DNA of 64,000 nucleotides from Enoplolaimus lenunculus (Eukaryota): NCBI GenBank assembly GCA_030248215.1, contig JASANG010003092.1, positions 372,001 to 436,000 of the forward strand, read 5' to 3'. Shown piece by piece: positions 52,279 to 64,000 of this stretch (position 1 is its first letter; each line of letters starts with the position of its first letter). The notes under the pieces were generated by a model. It saw only the letters and a program-made list of their open reading frames with translations, ran no database searches and was not told where the DNA came from. The position numbers and the translations under genes were made by a program.

Positions 52279-53715
52279 AATATTTCAGCTATAACTTTGT
52301 TTCAAATATTAATAAACAGCGCGATAGAGGCCAGCGCACTGAGGCTGATCTTAAAACATAAGCAAACAACTCATTAGAGTTCGTTAGTGGATAGAAACAA
52401 TAAATCCTATAATTAGAGTACGTACGACATCAAAGCAACAGAATCGTCTAGCTGGCTTTAAATATGTGTACAGACACGCAGAAACTATTAAATTTAGACG
52501 GAATATTAATGAACATGGCAGTCAACAAAAATGCCTCGGAGCAAGTTAGTTTTATCCAATCGGAAAGAATATAAAAAGAAAGGTGTTTCGCTCAACTATC
52601 ATGGAGTCAATTAAAGACGAATAATGGCCCATACCCGAATAACAGGAGGTTCCCTCTGGAGTGGCAAAATAAATATCAGTTCCTCCTCTTAATATTCAGG
52701 TCACTACAGTTGAGAAATCCGCAATTTGGCCGCCGTCAGTGTGTCACGGAATATTCGTTTGCGTTTCCGTGTCCGGTAAAAATCGGTGTCCGTTTCCGCT
52801 TCCGTTATAGAAATAACAGAAATTGTGTTATTTTTACGTTCAAAATTAGTCATAAATCACTTCGCAATTTTTCGTCACAGATATGCTACAATTGTTTGAA
52901 ATGAAGTATAAATTACAAAATTATCCAAATCTTTTTCTTTATTTTTGAAGAACTGAATATATGCGCGCTCATTTTTGTTGACAGAAAATGAAACATTTTT
53001 AAAAGTTATCCGTTTTCCGTTTCTATTTCCGTTATTTTGATCGCTATTCGATTTAAAACGCTGCCTCTTGTCAATGATTGTTAATTGTGAAGATTTTCAC
53101 AAAACAAAACGTTTGGCTCATGTTAACTATAAGGACCGTTGACGGGAAGACTTAGAGCCCTGAAAACTGAACTTTAGGCTTAGACTTACAATTCGGCTAA
53201 CGTTTATACCAAGGCTAAGCCTTAGATTTAGGCGTAGTACGCAGGCCTCTATAACTTAACTTACGATCAACGTTTTATACACCACTGTTTAACCGCTTAC
53301 GCTTCGACAGAAAATCATTTTTCATGTGTTTTATTCCACTGTATAACCCAGTATACATGAAAACCTTATGCTTTATGCCATAACAAGTTTTGCTTGCTTG
53401 TTAACAACCACTTAGTTTTGTACACATTATCATGTCATGCCCAAAACTAAACTGTCCTATTGATTTGAGCCACGTCAGTACAAACCGTTTTTAATAGAAT
53501 ATATGTGCTTGAAACCAGAGTGCCTAATTTTTGGCTTAGGAACCTTTGATTAGAACCGCTAGTTTGTTATTTAAAAACCCGATCGTGGTAAAAGAGCCAC
53601 AAGGTTCGTTCGTATGGCTGAAAATTTTATATTTTAAAGTTTATAATTACACACAATTTGCGGAAGAATCAAGGAGTCGTTGCCGTCTGAACAAATGTTT
53701 TAAGAACGGAACGAA

Positions 53716-56506
53716 ATGAAGCGTTTGGTATTGATGGCCATGATAATTATAGGTGCATGTCTATAATTATGACACTCTGAAATTTGAATTTGTGAAAATT
53801 CAATCCAAAAAGTGTTCTACTAATAAGTGAGACAAGTTATATAACATTCGACGCAGGTGGCGAATCTGAGTCTGATAAAGGATCTAATTTTTCTAACTCA
53901 GCAGCGGCCATGGGCTTTCCATAAATTTTCAAATTCACACGTGACACACAACTCAGCCCAATCACACGAGTAATATCTTTGATTTCGGACTTGCTAAAAT
54001 TTTATTTCAATGATAAAGCAAGTATATTCAGTGCAAAAAAGATTTTACCAACTTTTGCTTTCGATTTTAAGAAAGTAATTTTTCATTTGTTGTAATATCG
54101 ATTTTCAATGATAGCACAAACTCAGATCAAACTTCTCATTAACTCAACGAGGTGCACAGCACGGCTGTTAAATTTGAACAGGATACTGCTATGTGCAGTT
54201 TGTCTAGCTCAGTTAGCTGCGTTAACTTGGGCTAAAGCAACACCAAGCGACGATGGCCAATGCATTCGCCTTGTCGAACAGCCGTTGGGCGACAAATGTG
54301 TCAACAATCAAGATTGTGATGACGGTTTTTGCATGAAAACAGGTATGCAAACTCGTGTTAACGCATGCTCTTGGCCGTTTAGTACACTGCAAAAAACGGT
54401 GAGTCAAACTGACTCTCTCCGAAATAGGCTTTTCCTGACTATACAAACTGAGTCAAAATTCGACTCCGCGTGAGTCAAATTCGACTCAATATGACTCTGG
54501 CAGAGTCGAATTTAGACTCAGTTTGTGTTGTCGGGAAAAGCCTATTTCGGAGAGAGTCAATTTGACTCACCATTTTTTGCAGTGTACTGGCGATGATATA
54601 ACCGGAGGTATCCCTCTGATTTCGGTAAAAATGGATCGCCGTTTTGGTTTGGGTACAATTTTTGCCGAAGGTTATTTTCTCTTTCGTTGGTGAAATGTTT
54701 CGTATATGCCATTCAATGGGTATTGTGTAACTTTGAGGCAATTCTGAAAGTTTAATTGCCGTTATTTTTTCAAAATGACAACTTAAAACAATTTTTTGAC
54801 AGCGCTTTCAAGAGTATGGTTAAAATTAACAAACCATTTCTATTACTTAGTTTTGTTTCACCCCCGGCTCCAGCTCCGGTTTTTAATCTCCGGTTTTCCC
54901 CGTCAATAAAATTTTATATGGGTAAAAGGAAGCTCATGAGGCGTTGCATCTGTCTTGATAACAACACTCGTAAACATACCATCAAGTTGATAACAGACGG
55001 TAATCCGTTGTTCTAATTAATATTATATGTGATTCCTAAGCCTAAGCCTAAACCTAAGCCAAACAAAAAATTTATCTAAAGTTTAAGCTTATTCTATTCT
55101 AGTCACACAGAAAAAGATTTCGCCCCTAAGATCTAAACATGGGCCAACGAATTAAAGTAAAGCCAACACATTTCTATTGGACACAAATACGACATGTGTC
55201 GTTGGATTCTGATTGTTTGAAACTTTATATGAGACCCAGCAACTCTCTGGTCATCATGGGCAATAACCTAGGGATATTTGGGTCATCGCCGGTGCTAACA
55301 AGTAGGTATACGGCATAACATACAACTATTTTTAAGACAGGCCCGTGACTAAACGTGATCAGATACCCACTCGCCAATGAAAAGTTTCAGCTTCGCTTGT
55401 AAAGTTTGTTGTTTCAACCGCATGCCATGCCCGTAACCAGCGTACTTTGCTTACGGAGGGCTAATAATTTTTCAAAAAGACATACAACGATTTTTCAATG
55501 ACTTACAAGCAAGGCTGCCACTTTCCTGTGAGTGACCGAAATATTTCCCGCGGGGCCGAACCCTCCTTCCCGCCATTGTTACCTGGCGTCAGATGCCTAT
55601 TCTAAAATTGTTTTGCAAACCCCCTAGCAGAATGAGCATGCTTTGGTTCTGTTTTAGGACCAACTGCTCCTGAAGGACATTGCGCATGCAAACTCGGCAA
55701 AATCAAACGCGGTGGCAAATGCATAGATGATCCTGGATATTGTATTGACTCACGTGACTGCAAACGTGATGACGAAGCTTGCTATATGTACTTGAGTTAT
55801 GATGATCAAGCAATTAGGCATAGTTGTTTTAATGATATGCAGGTAAGAAACTTAAAAAACAACAAACACAAGCCTTGTTTCTTATTCAAACATAAAGTAA
55901 AAACTTCGTTATTTTTCTGACTTGCTTGAGTCAAGGCTCAGAGCGGAGTGAACACAAAGTGGTTTAGTCCACCTGAGAAAAACATGACCACGCAGTAGGA
56001 TAGTTTTATTCATGGCTTGTAAATTGTATGCAGAAACCTTGTATTACTCCAAAATCTTGTGGCCATGTCTAACATGTTGAGCTGATCACAGCTTCGAGAA
56101 TATATACCCTGTCGCCAATCGCCACAAGTATAGCTTAGAACCGTAAGAGCAGTATAAGCGTATTTGTAAGCTTAAGCATAAAGGTAACTGCAAGCTTCAG
56201 CGTAAGGATAAGCGTATAAAACTAAACCCAAATACGCCTAAGCCTATGTTTAAACAAAAATTAGTTTAAAGCTTAAGCTTACTGTATTGCAGTCTCGTAG
56301 AAGAGAGGTATCACCCTCAACTTCTGGGGGGTTAATGAATGAAACAGAAGCACTTTAAGCAATGCATATTTCAGGCACGAACAGCTCGTTCTATTCACGG
56401 TACTCTGAATGAAATGTTTTATGACGAAGGCGATGATGATGAAGCTGAAGAAGACGATGATGACATGACAAGTTTTAAATTTTATACAGATAATGATGAG
56501 CTATAA
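53716..56506 (+). CDS. Small secreted cysteine-rich protein (EB-module-like) with acidic C-terminal tail, 162 aa, 4 exons
   Basis: Exons 53716-53752, 54208-54342, 55658-55842, 56375-56506 splice in phase to MKRLVLMAMIIIAQLAALTWAKATPSDDGQCIRLVEQPLGDKCVNNQDCDDGFCMKTGPTAPEGHCACKLGKIKRGGKCIDDPGYCIDSRDCKRDDEACYMYLSYDDQAIRHSCFNDMQARTARSIHGTLNEMFYDEGDDDEAEEDDDDMTSFKFYTDNDEL*. It has a signal-peptide-like N-terminus and 11 Cys. Confidence 0.82.
54385..54584. mobile_element. Palindromic 200-bp MITE with CACTG termini and TA flanks (CMC/EnSpm-like)
   Basis: TA|CACTGCAAAAAACGGTGAGTCAAA...TTTGACTCACCATTTTTTGCAGTG|TA with internal GAGTC/GACTC repeats. Confidence 0.85.
55030..55145 (+). mobile_element. 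Right half of a telomere-repeat MITE
   Basis: ATTCCTAAGCCTAAGCCTAAACCTAAGCC..TCTAAAGTTTAAGCTTATTCTATT..CATGGGCC end. Confidence 0.65.
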
Positions 56507-56855
56507 AAATTCATGTGTCTTATCGTTTTTATCTTTCCGAATTTCAAGGCAAAAAAATAAACAATTTTATTTGACTGAAAGCCAAATCATCACCGCAATC
56601 AAACTGCTTCTACAATGTAGCCCAAAAATACCTTATTTTACTGAATCAAAGTTAAATTAGTTAACCTGACGCCCAAGTTTCAGTCTTAAATTTTAAAATA
56701 GTTAACCTCTTCTCACATTGAGTTGCATATAGGCAACTCAGTGCAGTGTATATACGTGAAATAATATATATCGCACCGTGTTTAACAATTGCAACACGTA
56801 TACGTACTACTAAATCACCACAAGACGTGAGAGCCCCCTGGGGCTCGAGCGTCAA

Positions 56856-56927
56856 GCTCCTATAGCTGAGTGGTGATAATATACGCCTCCCACTCCAGTC
56901 ACTGGAGTTCGAATCCTAGCATAAAAG
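56856..56927 (+). pseudogene. tRNA-derived sequence (pseudo-tRNA or SINE head)
   Basis: A-box-like TAGCTGAGTGG and B-box GGAGTTCGAATCC at tRNA spacing, but the acceptor and anticodon stems do not pair well. Confidence 0.55.
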
Positions 56928-56941
56928 TATGTCTCAGGGGA

Positions 56942-57031
56942 AATAGAAAATATCCATGTGAGAAAGGGTTAATAGAAAATATTCATGTGAGAAAGGGTTA
57001 ATAGAAAATCTTCATGTGAGAAAGGGTTAAT
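56942..57031. repeat. ~29-bp tandem repeat x3
   Basis: AATAGAAAAT(A/C)T(C/T)CATGTGAGAAAGGGTT three times. Confidence 0.9.
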
Positions 57032-58444
57032 CGAAAATTTTTCAGTTTACTATCGTTTAACACAATACGCTCGGAATGTCTATTTTTCTTTGAGAAGCTG
57101 AAATTCAACCAAATGCACTGTTTACAATATCGGTTCCTTAAATAGTAATACAAATACACAATTAATTGCTTGAGCTGCATGTTTGAAATCTGCGTTTTAA
57201 AAAGGGACCATAGGTTTTTAACATAAAAAATATAAGTGTCAAATATTTGAGACACAGACGTCTGAGTATATTGAAGTGTCTTGTTTCAATTCAAGCCACG
57301 AAAATGCTTAATTTTGAAGTTGTGACATGTAAAAAATTTCAAAACTTTTATTTTTTGTAACTTCTGTGTGCAAACTACTTCTTCGCTTGCAAACATTCGG
57401 TTAGTAATTTTAGTATGAAGTATAACACAGATTGAAAGATACCCAAAATAATGGAAAATTAGGTGAAAAAGAACAGGAGTTTTATCAGTCTGCAACCGGT
57501 TGTGAAAATAATCTGAACCGGAGGCTAAGAACTTTTGCTGGAGCCGCAGTGGTACAAAATATAGGCAATTAAAATGATGATGAATACGCTAATTTTAGCC
57601 ATAATGTTTAGTTTAAATTGTCAGAAATTTGGTTTCAGCTATTTTTGAGATATATTTATCAATGATAAATTTGAGAATATAAGTTTAAATACAAACTCAC
57701 TCAACAAAGGAAAAGCAAATTCTATAAAATTTTTAAAAAATTTCAATATCGAAATTGCAGGAATTTTAGCAAAAATTCAATCGGAGCCAGAGGTGCATTC
57801 TGCTGGAGCCAGACCCCCGATTGTACCATGGTATTTTTATGTATATCGAGTCTGTTAAAACGTGTATCGGCAATAAAAGTTGGACAAATTTTTCAGCTCC
57901 AGCATAACTTTGCGTTGAAGACTAAAAGATTTATAATGATTTTTCCAAGTATATAATATGATCGTACTACTCTAAAAAATTGTTCATGTCTGGTTAAAGA
58001 TATGTCATTTTAAGGCACTCTGTCAGACTTATGTCATTTTATGAAACTCTGTCAGTTACGGATGTAATAATAGAAGTAAGTAGTAGCCAGGGTGTAATCG
58101 GAGGTGAAAGACACCGGGAGCCGTAACCGGAGGTCAAGAAAATTAGTTCGCACAAGTGAGAAGAAATTAAGTATACAGTTAAAATGTTTAACTCGCATAT
58201 TTTTAGCAAATATATCTGTAGTTTTTTAGATCTTTCAGTTTTAAGCTTATTTTTTATGAGTATTGACAATCTTTTTTCAAAATTGTATCACAGTTAAAAT
58301 GAAACGGACCAGCAAATATATTTTGAAACTATGCAAAATTTCGTTACCAAAATTGCCAGAAATTCTACCCGAGCCAGAAGTCGAACCGGAGGCAAACCTC
58401 CGGTTGTACCCTGCTACACTCGCTGCAGAACCCACGGACTATAC

Positions 58445-58600
58445 GGCCAATGTTACTTTTAGGGGCGTAACAGTAGATTAAGCGTATTCCTAAGCCTTAG
58501 CCCACGCCTAAGCGTTGCAAAAAAGTTAAGTTTAAGCTTTAGCCTAAGCCTAAGCCTAGCAAAAACTATAAATCAAGAATCGAAACCTACTCATAGACCT
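58445..58600 (+). mobile_element. Truncated telomere-repeat MITE, TIR type B
   Basis: Starts GGCCAATGTTACTTTTAGGGGCGTAACAGTAGATTAAGCGTATTCCTAAG, nearly identical to 47583; no right TIR found. Confidence 0.75.
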
Positions 58601-59481
58601 ATCAGAAGCCTTAACGTACAGTAATATACATAGTATGTAACTGTCCGGTTAAAGGAGCTTTCTCGAGGACGGTGACAATAACTAAATTTCAAACCCAACA
58701 AATAAAGCACGGGACAGCAAGTGACCAGAAGCATTAAAACTGACAAAGCGCAAAGGAGGCGGGCCGACAATTTTTACAACTATGCGAGCATTATAACGTG
58801 GATTACCCAAAAGCATGGCTCCTGTTTTGCAGAAAAATTGAATCAACCGAAAATTTTTTTCCGTTTTTCGGAAAAATTGAAAATCATGTACAATTAATGC
58901 TTGGACAAGTCCGGAAAAAATCTGTCAACAGTCGGCATATATCTGCAATATATGTTGCATCAACGACAAACAGCAGAACTCGGTCTAGCACTAAAATTGG
59001 ATTTGGCTTATCGCTCGCTTCGCTTGCGAGTGCTCCAACTACTTATATCCCGTACGGTCCACCATTTTAGAAATTCCTGGATCAGTCAGCGATTCCTTCA
59101 TTGTAAAATCAGTTTCGCGGCGGGGGTAGCGTGAGAAAAACCAATTTCTGGCGGTTTCCGCGACGGTTTGTCAGTTTTGCGAGAAGTTAGCGAGATAATG
59201 TTCTCCGTTTTCAAACCTGCTCCTAAAAACAGCAGTTTTTTCCGTTGTCCAACCCTGCCCAAGAGTATGCAATCAACAATATTCTGACGGGAAAAATAAG
59301 TTCTATACAGACTGCAGTTTGAAGAAACCACCTCTATATACTTAATAGCAGTTCCCACTTCCAAGCAACGTCGGTCACGGTGCTAATTCGCTCTACGCAA
59401 ACATAAAACAAACGCTGGAAAGCTTTTATTAGAAACAAAATTACACACTAATACACAAGCCAACATGAAAGTACTCGATAC

Positions 59482-59744
59482 CAGGGTGCAACCGGAGGTG
59501 AAAAATACTGGAGCCGGAGGACACCGAAACTTGCCGGAGCGGGAAGTGTGGCGAAATTAACAAAATTTCAGAAATGCTTTCCTGAAAATTGATACGAAAG
59601 TAAAATGAAACGCGCTAAACAGATTAATTTTGTAAAATTATGCAAAATTTTTCTACCGAAATACCGGAACCTCCGGCAAAAATTCTACCGGAGCCGGGGC
59701 CAGAGGCCGATTTTCTGCCGGGCCGGACATCCTGTTGCACCCTG
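59482..59744. mobile_element. hAT-like MITE, third subfamily
   Basis: CAGGGTGCAACCGGAGG..GTTGCACCCTG with perfect 8-bp TSD CTCGATAC. Confidence 0.88.
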
Positions 59745-59996
59745 CTCGATACCTAACATACATATTATATTTTTCATGCGAAAAAGCGCGAACCAAACAT
59801 GTTTTTGTCTGAAGTAAAATGAATCTTACATATAGTGAATATTTTCAACAGCAGATATCGCGTAGTACTACACTCGAGACAAAAATCATCTACATACACC
59901 TAAGTAGAAATCGTTTAGCACTCGCGTTGCTTATAGTTTTCAAATACATGAAATTACACTTCGACAAAAAATTATATAGATACAAGTAGTTCTTGT

Positions 59997-62900
59997 TCAA
60001 TTAATCAATATTTCTTCATTCTTTCGATGCTATAAAGCGCAAAATAAAAATTCTTTAGCAATAACCATACGCAAAATTAAATTCTTAGCAATAACCATAA
60101 TAGGCGTTAAAGCACGTCACCAGCTAGGTAACAATGCTTGCCCAAACATTCAAACAGTATTAAGGCTTTTGAAAACACTAATACTTGGAATATTTGACAT
60201 ACGAGCTCAAACAATTATAGACATGTACGTTACAAACTCATAAACAAAAACACAAATTACCTTTGCACGCGGAATTCCTGACAATGAGAACATGCATACT
60301 ACTACAAAAAGGTTCCAGCAAAAATATAAGCAACTAAAATTTATTGATTTGGCAATGAACATACTTGAACCAGAGACTTGTGCCGAAATGACATCATTTA
60401 CTAACGCTTGAACATCGGCGGGCAATACTTAAATTAGAATATTACAAAAATTTCTTGTGATAAGAAACATCATAAAATTTTGATTCCAGGATAGTAAACT
60501 CCATATCTGTGACACATTGAGCTTACGAAAACGTTCATCACATTTGAAAACAGTGTGATCTAAACTTACTAAAACCTTTGTAGAGAAACATAAAATACGA
60601 TTTGCTTTGTAAAATTGTTACAATTTAATACGTTGCTTTCGCCTCAAACTGCAAAAACATCCACTTTTTCACTTCACTGTGACCGACATACAATAGAACT
60701 AAATCGGTACATACATACCTGGTTCATAGTTACTTGTTGATGCTAAACTATCTGCAGAATACGGTAAATGCTGAGACACCGCAGCACCCTAAAACCAGAG
60801 AAGGGGTACTAAAACATTAATTTAAGGACGGTGTAGATACTGTGCACATTATACCTAGCTTCGAAATTTTAGCAGGACCGTTTAGTAACCGCTAATGTTT
60901 TATGTACGCGTACGCTAGCATGAAATGAAATGAACCCACCCTTAAACATACATGCAAATTAAATAGAGAATACCGCATTGTCAAAAAGTAAACATATGCA
61001 GCCCATAATACTTTTATCACAATATCATTCTATTAAACCAAGCCGTACACAGCTCAAAATACTAGGGAGCAGGGTGCGAAGCGGAATACAGAATTCTTAT
61101 GCAACATATCATAACAAAAAGAATTAAAATTAAAATTTAAACATTCCGATTCCGATTGATTGTGCAACCGGAATCGGTACTCGTTTTGAATCGGAATTTT
61201 AATCGGAATCGGAATTTCGGTTGCACTCTGCTGGGGAGCTTAAATATTTTCAGGCAGGGAATGCAAAAATTTCCGACCAGTTACAAGCGAGTTTTGACAC
61301 TTTGGTAGGGGTTGGAGCAAAATGTTTTGCTGGAGACTAAAGCCGATCTATCTACTTTTTGGCAAGAGGCCTCTAAATGGAACTGTAAACCGATATGTAC
61401 GAAAACAGTTTACCTGATTAAATTTTTCTAAAAATTCATTTGCGTCGTTATTTGACGTACAAACGATTTGAAATTCTATTAGGTGGTTAATACCAACGCT
61501 ATTGCGTACAGCTGCAATAGGATCTGCAGCTGTCCACGTGACACTTGCCATCTTCGAGTCGTCATGAAGTTTAGCCTAGAATTACGTAAACAAACAGTGC
61601 AACTTTTGCTCGCAAAATGCCACTGTTCATCAAAAACTCAATGTGCTGCGGCATTACTATTCAAACTCAATCTATCTTCAAAAACATAGGAGTCCACAAA
61701 AATAACTGGCTAAATACAATGCTCACATTCGGTCAGATTTCGGAAGCACTGGGCAGTTGAGCCCCGTTTGGTTTTGGTGACTTGAACACTGAACTTTTTT
61801 GGCTACTGTATTGGATAATCAGCCTATGTTAATTATAGAAGTCTGTCCTCCGAGAGACTTTGAGACTGAGAGGTTTAAGCTTTGGATTATAGGGCCACCC
61901 CATATTATATAACTAATGATGCCTTACACCACTAACATAGTTGGTTTCAAGCAATTCTCATAGTGTTCAACAGACTAACCTTAGCCACAGAACTTTGTAC
62001 AATTGCATGATTCAAACCAATGACATTTTCTCCATCAGAAACAAATTGAATTTTAAATCCACCCGATGTATGGTCACTAATAATCACAATAGAACCTGAG
62101 CCAACCTCCTTAAACAGTAAACAGTACACCAAAATCCAACAAAAACAAAACGACTACATATATATTCATTTTTGTTTTGAATGTTTTAGCTCTTCAAAGT
62201 TTGTTATAGTATTACGCTCTTAGCATTACTCAAACGCATACCCCAAAACTGCAACTTCAATGTACACTCTAGAGTATCAAAACTGTCACAAAAGATTAAA
62301 GATGAGACCTTAAAAACCCATTCTGCTACCAGCACCACGTACTCTATGAAACAAACATACCTTCAGTGGATTGCCTTCGTACAGGGTCACTTGACGTTCA
62401 AAAATTACTGGTTGCTGTGTTGCCAGAGTGGTCATCATTCTACCTGGTGAAATTCCGCTAAATTGGCTCCCACACGCCGATAGTGCTGAAATGGTATTGT
62501 TATTGATACGATCAGATTCAGCAAGCAACTGTTCATCAGAGACATCGCCAGCTCCTCTATTTCGCACCACTTGGTCAACTTCGGGAGGACTTTCATCTAC
62601 AAAATTATTGTAAACCAGTAACCATAAAAGAGTCAGAAACAGTATTTTGTTTATACGTCACAAACACTACAACTTTTTATTGATGTGTTGTGCCCTCCAT
62701 GTCAAATAAAACATGGATGTGCCGATACGAAAATTTTTGCCGATGCCGATGTTTATTTTGAAAATTTTTTAGACGCACCGATATACGCAAACAAGTGAAA
62801 CTATTGATAGCATTCCAGCTAAGTGTTTGTAAAAGAAGTATCGGTAAAGAATCGACATTCTTTGCAGCACCGATGCCGGTATTCACGAAAAGTGCCGATT

Positions 62901-63690
62901 TTTACCGATGAAGATGCCGATTAATCGGAACATCTCTTCAGTAAAACAGTACTTATCACTACTCATACCGCAGCGACAAGTATTAATTTAGTTCATTTAC
63001 AGTAGAACAAAATACCAATTCCATGCAAGATAACAAAATCTTTGCATCATCCACAGGTTTATTTACAACACTTAGATCCTGAATATTCTGCGCTAACGCA
63101 CTGCTGTAGGGTACACTGAACGCAACACACAATCCTGAACAAAAGCGTAATCCTGTGCAATCAAAAAATATTTGCTCCATGTTTCATACAACAAAATTAT
63201 GACATCAAAGCCGCCACGCTACTACAAGCGGCGGTGTACAAATACAAATATTTAGTTCGTATATGCATGTTCGATGAAGGCATAACCGGATACAAAAAAC
63301 CTGACATTTTGGAGCATATTTACACAAAAGTGAAAACTTATTCACGTTAATTTAGTAGTACTTGCTATTATTTTGTTTTTACAAAAGTTTTAATATTAAT
63401 TAGATTTCTTTATCTGGGAACCGGACACTTACCACCACCGTCTGAGTCATTCTGGCACCCTCGGCATCCTGTACAGCGATCGGTGCTATTTTCATAAGCA
63501 TAAAAATGCGACGGTAAACCATACCGTTCGGCACGTTCACGTTGCTCGTTGGTTACCCACCGCGACTCACCAATTATTTCTACTTCGTGCTCGCTGCTTG
63601 AATTGGATTGATTGCGTCTTGAGTCCACCGTCAATGACAACGGTGGCTGTTGATCGGCTTCTGGTTTTGATAACCTGTCTGAAAGACTAG
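59997..63690 (-). CDS. RANBP2: RanBP2/Nup358-like nucleoporin, 3' portion (gene continues beyond the right edge)
   Basis: Exons ~63687-63433, 62596-62361, 62108-61980, 61575-61414, 60788-60719, 60427-60365, 60277-60261 and probable last exon 60029-59997. EVEIIGE..VTNEQRERAERYGLPSHFYAYENSTDRCTGCRGC resembles the RanBP2 internal-repeat (IR/M) motif. It is followed by a degenerate Ran-binding-domain pattern (IFERQVTLY..EVGSGSIVII..IGLNH..VTWTAAD..DANEFLEKF). Confidence 0.7.
61070..61230. mobile_element. hAT-like MITE in a RanBP2 intron
   Basis: CAGGGTGCG..GTTGCACTCTG, TSD CTAGGGAG/CTGGGGAG, internal AATCGG repeats. Confidence 0.75.
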
Positions 63691-64000
63691 CACCCACGCA
63701 GTGTGAACAGTGCACGTTACTGTCACTGGCTAAAGTCAGGAAAAATTTCAAGCCTGGGGCACGACATGGTGTTATAAATTTAGTAGATGGCATGCGTACA
63801 TGATGTGCAGCGCAAGTTCTGCACTTGAAATTAAACAAGACTATTACTATTTTTTATAAACTTTAGAAATTTTGCAAGGGATGGAAGGGAAAGTTCCCCT
63901 GCATACGCTTTGCTGATGTAATACTTAATCTGCGAAGTTTTATTAATAAATAACCTTGCAGAATATAAAAAGCTTTCGGATGGTGTTTCAAATCATATTT

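Noticed and set aside
54108..54473. 121-aa single-exon ORF as the gene model
   Set aside because: Only 54208-54342 is exonic. The better signal peptide comes from exon 53716-53752, and the ORF tail runs into a MITE.

Overview
This is AT-rich, intron-rich eukaryotic DNA, most likely from a nematode. The support is (TTAGGC/GCCTAA)n repeats, introns as short as 43 nt, an EB-module-like secreted protein and a TTBK-like kinase; the species cannot be determined. Six spliced genes can be reconstructed by hand: a BRD7/9-like bromodomain gene (-, runs off the left edge), ATAD5/ELG1 (+), class III alcohol dehydrogenase ADH5/GSNOR (+), a tau-tubulin-kinase-like CK1-group kinase (+), an orphan secreted Cys-rich protein (+), and the 3' end of RanBP2/Nup358 (-, runs off the right edge). 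Introns and intergenic DNA are dense with non-autonomous DNA transposons: hAT-like MITEs, Tc2/pogo-like MITEs, CACTG fold-backs, a long-TIR fold-back, a Helitron and Helentron/DINE-like elements with central tandem repeats. The most striking signal is a set of GG-terminated, 8-bp-TSD (Merlin-like) MITEs. Two different TIR types carry the same internal cassette of telomeric GCCTAA repeats and appear to disperse interstitial telomeric sequence. Also notable are a bromodomain with its acetyl-lysine-binding Asn replaced by Tyr, a secreted Cys-rich protein with a furin-like site, acidic tail and C-terminal NDEL, and a ~1.25-kb loopless intronic palindrome. No rRNA, CRISPR or prokaryotic features were seen. 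All gene models and family assignments come from manual reading, not database searches.
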